This document shows positions 28,046 to 36,402 of a stretch of 64,000 nt of DNA, one piece after another (positions within the stretch are counted from its first letter, which is position 1; the number at the start of each line of letters is the position of its first letter). This DNA is from an uncultured Candidatus Cloacimonadota bacterium. GTDB lineage: Bacteria > Cloacimonadota > Cloacimonadia > Cloacimonadales > TCS61. Below the pieces are notes generated by a model, which made no database searches, was not told where the DNA came from, and saw only the letters and a program-made list of their open reading frames with translations. Both the position numbers and the translations under genes were made by a program. The stretch covers positions 26,644-90,643 of the forward strand of contig CAZFPK010000001.1 of the NCBI GenBank assembly GCA_964521025.1, given 5' to 3'.

Positions 28046-29026
28046 ATGGATGTAAAAGAGTACAAAAAAATTACAAACCTGGCTGCTTCCGCAATAATGA
28101 AATTCATCTCTAATGCCGATGATATAAGAGATCTATCCCATACTGTCGCCATTAAATATTTCCTCAATGAACAATCTATCGATAAAAAAAATGAAAATAA
28201 TTGGATTTATACCTGCGCAAAAAATGCAGCCATCGATCTCAAAAGAAAAAAGACTATTGAATCAAAAGAAGGCACCGCTCATTTTGAAGATTATGAAAAT
28301 GTGATCACACAGACCATACTCGATAAGAAAAAAGATATTTCTCTTGCTGAGATACTGTCCAAATACGGAGGATCACTCAATATCCGTGAAAAAAAATTAA
28401 TAGAGCAATTTGTGAAAAACGGATATAAAATAAAAAAACTATGGCGCGGGAAAAACATAAGTTATGACAGTTTAAGAAAGAAAGTGTATCGCTTAAAGAA
28501 AGAACTTCTTGCCGAATATAATAAACAAAAAGGAATGATAACATCGGAATCTATCATCGGTGCAAGATTACATGAAAATATCCTGTATTTTATAAAGCAA
28601 TTTAAACAAGCAATGTTCGAAAACTCTATCGAAAGGATAACCTTTTATATCAGAGATTGTGAAAAACCGGTAATCCTGCCGGATTTTAATATACTCGAAA
28701 TCATTGAATACGACATTCAATTAATCGATAATCAAAAATATAGGGTACATGTATATCATCTTAATGAAAAAAGAAACTTTGATTGCTTCATCATGGAATT
28801 TGAAGTTTATAATCAAAACTCGATCAAGATAGTCGATTTTCCTCGGAAACCTTCCAAAATCATCCAGTTTGATAAGGAAGATGCTTCATCAGAATTTCTT
28901 AAAAAAATCAAATCCGGCGATATTGGAATGATCGAACTTTCCGAAGATGAACTCAATGAATTACTGGAAGCGGAAGTAGAGAATAAAGAAATTATATTTG
29001 AAAAAAATAAAGATAACTCCAAATAA
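28046..29026 (+). CDS. ECF-type sigma-70 family protein with a roughly 150-aa C-terminal extension, cassette B paralog
   Basis: 326 aa. ..DDIRDLSHTVAIKYFL..ENNWIYTCAKNAAIDLKRKK (region 2-like). ..REKKLIEQFVKNGYKIKKLWRGKNISYDSLRKKVYRLKKELLAE (region 4-like). The C-terminal part is collinear with 19509..20483. Confidence 0.6.
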   Translation: MDVKEYKKITNLAASAIMKFISNADDIRDLSHTVAIKYFLNEQSIDKKNENNWIYTCAKNAAIDLKRKKTIESKEGTAHFEDYENVITQTILDKKKDISLAEILSKYGGSLNIREKKLIEQFVKNGYKIKKLWRGKNISYDSLRKKVYRLKKELLAEYNKQKGMITSESIIGARLHENILYFIKQFKQAMFENSIERITFYIRDCEKPVILPDFNILEIIEYDIQLIDNQKYRVHVYHLNEKRNFDCFIMEFEVYNQNSIKIVDFPRKPSKIIQFDKEDASSEFLKKIKSGDIGMIELSEDELNELLEAEVENKEIIFEKNKDNSK

Positions 29027-29725
29027 CAAACAAAACTGAAAAAATTCTAAATATCAAAATACAAATCTTAAATAAATCCCAAAACTCAATAAATAAATAA
29101 TGAACATTTCCCATTTCGTTTTATTGAACCCTTTCAGGATTCTGATCTGTATTTTTTTGTACCACAGGTTTCAAATGTGGTAATTCAGATTAAATCCCTG
29201 CGGGATTTCATTGATTTCTGTCGGAGTATCAAATACTACTTGAGTATAACATAATTTTAAAAGAGTAAAAAAAATACTCCGAAGGAGTTAAATGTTATTA
29301 ACTACGGGTGAAACCCTTAGATTAGACGGAAATGAGGATCAAGTTTGAAAGACTTGAATAACAATATAACAGACAGATTCTACGAAGCGGGAAATGTTAG
29401 CAAATAATAAATAAATTTATAAGATTGTTATTTTAAAGAGAGCATCATTATTTCCAAAAAAGTGAATTAAGTCAGATAATAAAATCCCGACAGAAGAGAT
29501 ATTATCACAAACGGGAATTTCTAAATCAATAGTAATGGTTTTATAAAAAAGACAGAGATCGTCAATCTGAGTCCGGAGGTTTTACAAAGGAAAGAATCTC
29601 ATAACTTGATTGTATTTAAGTTCTTTATCCCGAAAATCGGGACTCGAGATGATAGATTTCAGCGATTGTTGTCTTTTTACAAGATCGATAAAAAAAAATA
29701 TCTAATTTCTAAAATCTAATGTCTA

Positions 29726-30091
29726 TTAATGCTTAATATATGCTTTTCCGATAATATCGAGAAGTTCTCTTTCATCAAAAGGCTTATTGATGTATCCAAG
29801 AGGATTTGTTTTTGCAGCTTTTTTCCTGGTTTTTTCATCAGAATATGCAGTAACATAAATGACCGGGATATTATAATCCACCCTGATCTGTTCTGCTGCC
29901 TGCACACCATCGACTTCACCGTCCAGCATTATATCCATCAAAATAATATCGGGATGAAATATTCGGGCTATCTTTATGGCTGATTCACCTGTGGTTGTAA
30001 TACCTATAATATTATGACCGAGAGCGCTTAAAGTCAGCCTGAGATCTTCGGCAATAATTTTTTCATCTTCAACAATTAAAATTTTAGACAT
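29726..30091 (-). CDS. Single-domain response regulator, cognate of the upstream kinase
   Basis: Start set to ATG 30091 (MSKILIVEDEKIIAEDL..PDIILMDIMLDGEVDG..YVTAYSDE..GYINKPF), 13 nt after the kinase stop. Close paralog of 17919..18323. Confidence 0.85.
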   Translation of the reverse strand: MSKILIVEDEKIIAEDLRLTLSALGHNIIGITTTGESAIKIARIFHPDIILMDIMLDGEVDGVQAAEQIRVDYNIPVIYVTAYSDEKTRKKAAKTNPLGYINKPFDERELLDIIGKAYIKH

Positions 30092-30104
30092 AGATAAGTT
30101 TCCG

Positions 30105-31676
30105 CTACTTAATTGATTTTTTCTTAAGACCATTTTTATTCCTGAATTTCATCACAAAAACAGCACCGTGTGGATTATTATCCTCGACAGATATCTCTCC
30201 ACCGTAATGCTCGATTGTTCTTTTAACGATATACAGCCCAATTCCGGTGTTTCCGGTGTTTCCATATTTGAATCTTTCCTGAAAAACTTTAGCCTTGATC
30301 CTGTCAGGAACTCCTGAACCATAATCAGCAATCCTGACTTCGCAATAATCTTTCATTTTTTTTAGTGAGATATCGATTTTATCTGTTTTCGCATGAATAG
30401 CCGCATTGCTGATGATATTATCAAAAACAGAAGTAATCGCATTATCAACCAGAACATGACAGTCACCGGTAATATTGAACTTGATGTAGTTATAATTGAC
30501 GATCACTTGATTTATAATTTCTCGAAGACTTAACATCTTGCTGCTGTCGGAGGATGAAATAAAAGTTTCCAATTCTTTCATACGCTTGATCAGTTCAACA
30601 CTTTTGGAAACATAAGTGGAAGCTTCACCGAGAACTTCTTCATCTTTCATCGTTTTATATATTCTGAACGCACTATTTATGACTGCTAAATTATTCATCA
30701 GATCATGTCTGAGTATCTTATTGATCAATTTAAGGTGTTCCTGGTGCAGGGCAAGATCATCTTCTGCTTTTTTTCTTTCTTCGACTTCATGTTGAAGTTT
30801 ACTGTATATTTGAGCATTCTTCAAAGCAGTTGTGGCAAATGCAGCAAAAGTTTCAGTAAGAGAAAGATCTCCCGGAGTGAATATTGGTCCGATCCGATCG
30901 AGAGTTATAACTCCTGATACTTTATCTCTGATAATAAGTGGAGCAACGATCAATCTTTCATTTTTAAGGATTGAAGTTCCGGGTATTTGAAATCCTTTTG
31001 TGTGCGGTCTCGTATCATTGAAGATCAAACATTTTTTCTGTAAAACTGCTTCACCTGTCAAACAAGTATGAACATTAAGATTGATCGCCATCACTTCTTT
31101 TTCATAGGTCGGATCGACAACAACCATCGGAACGAGAGTTTCACCATCCTTTTTGAGGGTATAGATCGCACTGCCGTGAGTATTTAGAATCTCTTTTGCA
31201 CCGTGACAGATCCTGGTCAACACTTCTTTGAGATCCAGGCTCGAGGACAAATAGCGAGATGTTTCCAGAATTTGTTCTAATTGCTGAGTTTTTCTCAGCT
31301 CTGATTGTTCAATTTTTTTCCGTCCCGTGATATCCTTAGCGAAAATAATAAATTGTCCGACATTATTGGAACGATCAAAAATCGGATAAATACTTATCTT
31401 ATAAATCCGATCACCATTTTTATCCTCATAGCTGACAGGAACTCCTTTTTCAATAATTTTTTCTATTTCTTTTTGAAAAATTTCAGTAGATTTCTTACTT
31501 AAATAATCAAAAAAAGATTTTCCAGGATGATCAGGATCATTATGGCAAAATATTTGTAGTGCTTTTTCATTACAGTTTACTATCTTCCCTTTGTTATCGA
31601 CAATAATGACCAAACTGGCGAGAGTATTTAGAAGAGTATTTAATGTCTTACCGGTGGTTATAGCTGATTTTTCCAT
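30105..31676 (-). CDS. Cytoplasmic PAS-GAF sensor histidine kinase
   Basis: 523 aa, no TM. PAS-like N-terminus, GAF-like middle, H-box ..LKLINKILRHDLMNNLAVINSA.., ATPase motifs ..DNIISNAAIHA.., ..DYGSGVP.., ..GNTGIGLYIV.. Confidence 0.8.
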   Translation of the reverse strand: MEKSAITTGKTLNTLLNTLASLVIIVDNKGKIVNCNEKALQIFCHNDPDHPGKSFFDYLSKKSTEIFQKEIEKIIEKGVPVSYEDKNGDRIYKISIYPIFDRSNNVGQFIIFAKDITGRKKIEQSELRKTQQLEQILETSRYLSSSLDLKEVLTRICHGAKEILNTHGSAIYTLKKDGETLVPMVVVDPTYEKEVMAINLNVHTCLTGEAVLQKKCLIFNDTRPHTKGFQIPGTSILKNERLIVAPLIIRDKVSGVITLDRIGPIFTPGDLSLTETFAAFATTALKNAQIYSKLQHEVEERKKAEDDLALHQEHLKLINKILRHDLMNNLAVINSAFRIYKTMKDEEVLGEASTYVSKSVELIKRMKELETFISSSDSSKMLSLREIINQVIVNYNYIKFNITGDCHVLVDNAITSVFDNIISNAAIHAKTDKIDISLKKMKDYCEVRIADYGSGVPDRIKAKVFQERFKYGNTGNTGIGLYIVKRTIEHYGGEISVEDNNPHGAVFVMKFRNKNGLKKKSIK

Positions 31677-31742
31677 TATTCTATTTTTTGAATATTAATA
31701 TGATTTTTCAGATATTTTTAGTTTAAATCTGAAAATATCTTA

Positions 31743-31955
31743 TCATGGGTTTAACCTGATAATATTTATCGCCTGGACTCCTTTATCGGTTTCCATCAGA
31801 TCAAATTGTACTTCTTCATCATTTACCAGAAATCTTCTTTCTTTATCAGAATTTGTAACGATAGATTTCCAGTGCACAAAAAATTCTTTACCTTCTTCGG
31901 AAAGAATAAATCCATATCCCTTTGTGTCGTCAAACCACTTTACTTTTCCCTTCAT
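31743..31955 (-). CDS. Cold-shock domain protein (CspA family)
   Basis: Start at ATG 31955. MKGKVKWFDDTKGYGFILSEEGKEFFVHWKSI.. contains RNP1-like KGYGFI and RNP2-like FFVH motifs. Confidence 0.85.
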   Translation of the reverse strand: MKGKVKWFDDTKGYGFILSEEGKEFFVHWKSIVTNSDKERRFLVNDEEVQFDLMETDKGVQAINIIRLNP

Positions 31956-32035
31956 TTTTTTTCCTTTAAAATTAATTGTTGGCAAAACTTAAACTTTATG
32001 AAAAATATGCAAGCATTTTTTCAAGTAATTATAAT

Positions 32036-32485
32036 TTATTCTATTATTTCCAGTAAATAACCTGTTTTTATGATAGAGAATAATTTGATTATATCTTCAT
32101 TTCACATACGCATACAACCATGAGATATAGGACTCCCGATCATATTTTCCAGCTGAGTTCCACGCATAAAAATCCCTCGTTTCAGGCTGTCGATATTTTC
32201 TCCGAGATTAATATCTCTATCCAGATCCGCTAACACAAAAATCCAGGTAGTGATCAGATCGTTTTTGATTTCATCTTCAAGACTTGCGATTTCTCCGCTG
32301 AATTTTTTCTTTTGAAAATTCCATATAAAGGAACACCTTCTCCGATTTTTTCTACGATCCGGTTGAGTTCCCAAAGGAGTTTTATTACTGCCTTCCCTGT
32401 TTCCAATCCCATTCTTTGAGGTTGATATCCGGTATTCTTTAATTATCTTGTATCGCTTTAGAACATATAGTTTTTGATTGGATAT
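32036..32485 (-). pseudogene. Decayed L,D-transpeptidase (YkuD/ErfK family)
   Basis: The frame is open from 32485 but has no start codon. ISNQKLYVLKRYKIIKEYRISTSKNGIGNREGSNKTPLG, then about 22 codons out of frame (the adjacent frame reads ELNRIVEKIGEGVPLYGIFKRK), then ..NDLITTWIFVL..RGIFMRGT..SPISHGCMRM, an in-frame TGA, then NEDIIKLFSIIKTGYLLEIIE*. Confidence 0.7.
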
Positions 32486-32755
32486 TTAAGCAATTAGAAA
32501 CGGTTGGTTTGTTTTCAATCGTTGAGTTTGAGTTAATTTCTTAAAAACAGTTTTGATTTTTTCTCTGTCCATTGATATTCCTTTTTCCGATTCATTAAAA
32601 TTATATAAACCTTCGGGATTCGCCAAACTTGAAAGTCTCAATACGAACTTGATAAAAAAACTTTTTTCAAATCCGGTAATTATTTGTCAAAATAAAACAA
32701 ATTTATTTACAATAATCAACACCTTCTTTTTTGTGATTTTATAAAAAAGGTTTGT

Positions 32756-34321
32756 ATGAGCAAAAAAAAATTAGCAAAAAATATCGGTTATATGTCCATC
32801 GCTGTTTTTTTCAGCAGGATTTCAGGACTTATCCGCGATATTGTCATGACATCTTTTTTTGGTACGACCTATGTTGCTGATGCTTTCCAGGTTGGATACC
32901 AGATCCCGAACCTGCTCAGAAAACTTTTCGGAGAGGGAGCACTTTCAGCAGCTTTTATTCCGATCTACAATGAAATCGCAATCAATAAAGGAAAAAAACA
33001 GCAATTTGCTTTTGCCTTGAATGTTCTTTCTCTTTTAGTATCATTCTTGATCATTCTTTGTTTCCTTGGAATAATTTTAGCGCCAGTAATTGTTCAAATC
33101 CTTGCTCCGGGATTCGATGAACAAACTTATCGACTGACCGTAAATATTTCTCGTATTATGTTCCCTTATTTAATATTTATCGGTTTATCTTCGACTTTGA
33201 TCTCTATCTTGAATTCTCATGGTTTTTTCTTTATTCCCGGTTTATCATCCGCATTTCTAAATATAGGAATTGTCGGGAGTCTGGGTATTTTTATCCTTTT
33301 AAAAGAAAATTCATCTTTGGAGAACAAGATCATTATTGCTTCTGTGGGTGTTCTTTGCGGAGGGTTTTTACAGGTAATTATCAATTTACCTTTATTGAGA
33401 AAAATCGGATATCATCTTAAATTAAATCTAAAATTTAGTTCCGAAGCTATCAAATCTGTTTGGATCAGGTTTTTACCCGGTGTTGTCGGTTTGGCTATTC
33501 GCCAGGTAAATCTGGCTGTCGATCTTATTCTGGCATCGCTTTTAACAACCGGAAGTATTGCTGCTTTGAATTACGGAAATCGCTTAATGCAGTTACCTCT
33601 GGGAATTTTTGGAGTTTCCGCGGGAGTTGCTGTTCTGCCTTTATATTCAAAATATTTCGTGGAGAAAAAATGGCAAAAACTCCGGGAAAGTCTTCATTTT
33701 TCAATCATTTCCCTAAGCTTTATTATGCTGCCAGTAACAGCGATTTTAGCAGGACTCGGTAAAGATTTCATCAGGATACTATTTATGCGGGGAGCATTCG
33801 ATGCAAACTCTCTCGATATGACTTATAAGGCTCTGCTTTTCTATTCGTTAGGTTTAGTTTTCTTTAGTTATAATAGACTACTCATTCCCATTTTTTATGC
33901 GAACAAGGACACAAAAACTCCTGTAAAAATTTCTGCTTTTATTGTTGTTATCAATATTATTTTGAATATAATTTTAATGCAATACCTGCAGCATGCGGGA
34001 TTAGCTTTTGCAACCACAATCTCAGCAATTATCCACTTTTTTGTACTGAAGTATTTTCTCAGGAAAAAGATCCCGCAATTCGTATTTCCCCGAATTTTTA
34101 TGGAAATAAATAAAATCCTTATTTTGTCTGCTTTACTTTTTCTAGGATTGAATCTATTAAGTAATTTCTTTACTGCGTCTGATTTCCGGGCAACGATTTT
34201 GAGAATAATTATTTCCATTTTTATCAGTATTGTTTTTTTCATTTACGGTTCACAAATATTGCAGATCGAGTTCAGTAAAGAGATCATAAAAAAAATATGG
34301 CAAAAATTTCACAAAAATTAA
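32756..34321 (+). CDS. murJ: Lipid II flippase MurJ
   Basis: 521 aa, 14 TM. ..MSIAVFFSRISGLIRDIVMTSFFGTTYVADAFQVGYQIPNLLRKLFGEGALSAAFIPIY.. is the canonical MurJ/MviN N-terminus. Confidence 0.9.
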   Translation: MSKKKLAKNIGYMSIAVFFSRISGLIRDIVMTSFFGTTYVADAFQVGYQIPNLLRKLFGEGALSAAFIPIYNEIAINKGKKQQFAFALNVLSLLVSFLIILCFLGIILAPVIVQILAPGFDEQTYRLTVNISRIMFPYLIFIGLSSTLISILNSHGFFFIPGLSSAFLNIGIVGSLGIFILLKENSSLENKIIIASVGVLCGGFLQVIINLPLLRKIGYHLKLNLKFSSEAIKSVWIRFLPGVVGLAIRQVNLAVDLILASLLTTGSIAALNYGNRLMQLPLGIFGVSAGVAVLPLYSKYFVEKKWQKLRESLHFSIISLSFIMLPVTAILAGLGKDFIRILFMRGAFDANSLDMTYKALLFYSLGLVFFSYNRLLIPIFYANKDTKTPVKISAFIVVINIILNIILMQYLQHAGLAFATTISAIIHFFVLKYFLRKKIPQFVFPRIFMEINKILILSALLFLGLNLLSNFFTASDFRATILRIIISIFISIVFFIYGSQILQIEFSKEIIKKIWQKFHKN

Positions 34322-36099
34322 AAGAAAAACTGATCTTACTTCCTGATAAACCGGGTGTTTATTTAATGCGGAATTCGTCCGGAAAAATTATTTATATCGG
34401 CAAAGCAAAAATCCTTAAAAACCGTATCCGTTCTTATTTTTCGGGAACACCCACGGACAATAAAACACAGCAGCTGGTAAGTTTTATTCATGATCTCGAT
34501 TATATTATTACTCGCACCGAGCAGGAAGCCCTGGTTCTGGAAAACAACCTTATCAAGAAGCATAAACCGAAATATAATATTTTATTGCGGGATGATAAAC
34601 AATATCCTTTTATCAAGGTAACTCTTCATGAACCTTTTCCACGAATTTTTGTAACCAGGCTCATCAAAAAAGATAAAGCAAGATATTTTGGACCTTATAC
34701 GAAAGTGAAATCTGTTCGAAAAACATTACGGATGCTGGAATGGTTATTTCCGGTCCGAACATGCACGAGAAATATCCCGAACGGAAAACCAAATTTTGAA
34801 AGAGCTTGTATAAATTATCAATTAGGAAAATGTCCTGCTCCCTGTATCGGAAAAATTTCACAGAAAGAATATCTAAAACTGGTTCGTAATATGATCGACT
34901 TTCTAAAAGGAAGGAATGAGTCGGTTATCGATGATCTAAAACAGGAAATGGAAACTGCTTCTGCTAAATTGGAATTTGAAAAAGCAGCTCGATTCAGAGA
35001 TAAGATCTTCAATATCCAAAAACTGAGCCGCACCCAGAATATGTTCTTTTCAGATCAAAAAAATCGGGATGTAATCGGAATCTACAAAGAAGAAAATAAA
35101 GCAGCAATCGCTATTTTGAAAATATTATCAGGAAAACTTCTGCATAAAGAAATCTATGCTATGGAAAATGTTCAGGGAAAAAACAAGAACCAGGTAATGG
35201 AGGCTTTTCTTAAACAATATTATTTCCATAAATTAGAAGAATTACCATTTCGGATCATTATCCAGGTCAAACCTGATGACTTTAACATATTGAATTCCTG
35301 GTTAAAAAAAAAATTGCATGTTCCTGCTCGTGGAGAACTGAAACAATTAACCGTAATGGCGAAAGAAAATGCTTTTAATTATATAGAAGAACAGAAACTT
35401 AAATACTTGAGAAAAAGCAATCGCACGGTTTTTCCTATCAAAGAATTAAAGGATAAATTAAATCTAAAAAAATTACCAAGGAAAATGGTTTGCCTGGATA
35501 TTTCGACGATTCAAGGTTCAGATACGGTTTCTTCTGTTGTCTATTTTGAGAATGGAAAACCAAAGAAGAAAAAATACAGACACTTTATTATGAAGACCGT
35601 AAACGGTCAGGACGATTTCGCATCTATGGCAGAAACTTTGCAGCGCTACCTGGAAAAAGTTACCAAAGAAGATAAACCTGACTTGATCGTCATCGATGGA
35701 GGAAAAGGACAATTAAATGCTGCAAATTCCATTCTTATAAAAATGAAACAGGAAAATATCGAGATCATTTCTCTGGCAAAAAAATTTGAAGAAGTATTCT
35801 TACCAGGTTTGAAAAATTCAATAATTTTACCTCGTTCTTCTGCAGCTCTCAGATTATTGATCAATATCAGGGATGAAGCGCACCGTTTTGCCGTTACTTT
35901 TCATCGTAAAAGAAGAAGCTCTCGTTTATTTTCCAGCGAATTAGATAAGATCAAAGGAATCGGAGATGAAATAAAATTCCTTCTGTTAAAAGAATTCGGT
36001 TCGGTTGAAAATATAAAACACGCATCAATAAATGAAATTTCGGAAATAAAAGGGTTAGGAATCAAGAGAGCAAAAAAAATTTTAAGAGAATTATCTTGA
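34297..36099 (+). CDS. uvrC: Excinuclease ABC subunit C
   Basis: 600 aa. GIY-YIG (PGVYLMRNSSGKIIYIGKAKILKNRIRSYF), UVR domain (LEFEKAARFRDKI), endonuclease V-like region and C-terminal HhH (IKGLGIKRAKKIL). Overlaps the murJ 3' end by 25 nt. Confidence 0.95.
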   Translation: MAKISQKLKEKLILLPDKPGVYLMRNSSGKIIYIGKAKILKNRIRSYFSGTPTDNKTQQLVSFIHDLDYIITRTEQEALVLENNLIKKHKPKYNILLRDDKQYPFIKVTLHEPFPRIFVTRLIKKDKARYFGPYTKVKSVRKTLRMLEWLFPVRTCTRNIPNGKPNFERACINYQLGKCPAPCIGKISQKEYLKLVRNMIDFLKGRNESVIDDLKQEMETASAKLEFEKAARFRDKIFNIQKLSRTQNMFFSDQKNRDVIGIYKEENKAAIAILKILSGKLLHKEIYAMENVQGKNKNQVMEAFLKQYYFHKLEELPFRIIIQVKPDDFNILNSWLKKKLHVPARGELKQLTVMAKENAFNYIEEQKLKYLRKSNRTVFPIKELKDKLNLKKLPRKMVCLDISTIQGSDTVSSVVYFENGKPKKKKYRHFIMKTVNGQDDFASMAETLQRYLEKVTKEDKPDLIVIDGGKGQLNAANSILIKMKQENIEIISLAKKFEEVFLPGLKNSIILPRSSAALRLLINIRDEAHRFAVTFHRKRRSSRLFSSELDKIKGIGDEIKFLLLKEFGSVENIKHASINEISEIKGLGIKRAKKILRELS

Positions 36100-36402
36100 T
36101 TAAATTTTCTCTTTTTTGTTTTTTGCATTTCAGTTTGAAAAGAGAGTTTTATGAGATTGGGTTTTTTACCTCACCTTAATCCTCTTTTTCAGAAGGAGAG
36201 GAAACTTTCTCATCCCCAGACTCCTCAGGGTTTGTGAAAAATGTAACTCTTTCTTGTTCCCAAACTCCTGTTTGGGAATGATTTATTCAGAAATCCATTT
36301 TGATTAATTTAATAATTTGAGTGAAACGAGTTTTGCGTTCCCAAATAGGAGTTGGGGAACAAGATATCAACCCTCTTTAGATAATTATTTGGGAGGAATG
36401 CT

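Noticed and set aside
29192-29208. CRISPR-repeat-like palindrome (aaatccctgcgggattt, within cagattaaatccctgcgggatttcattg).
   Set aside because: It occurs only once, with no regularly spaced repeats or spacers and no cas genes in the window.
32102-32104. In-frame TGA after SHGCMRM with homologous sequence continuing: could TGA be recoded (code 4/25)?
   Set aside because: uvrC (36097-36099) and the hicB-like gene end at TGA at their expected full lengths, and Trp is encoded by TGG throughout. This locus also has frameshifts and no start, so it is a pseudogene rather than a case of recoding.
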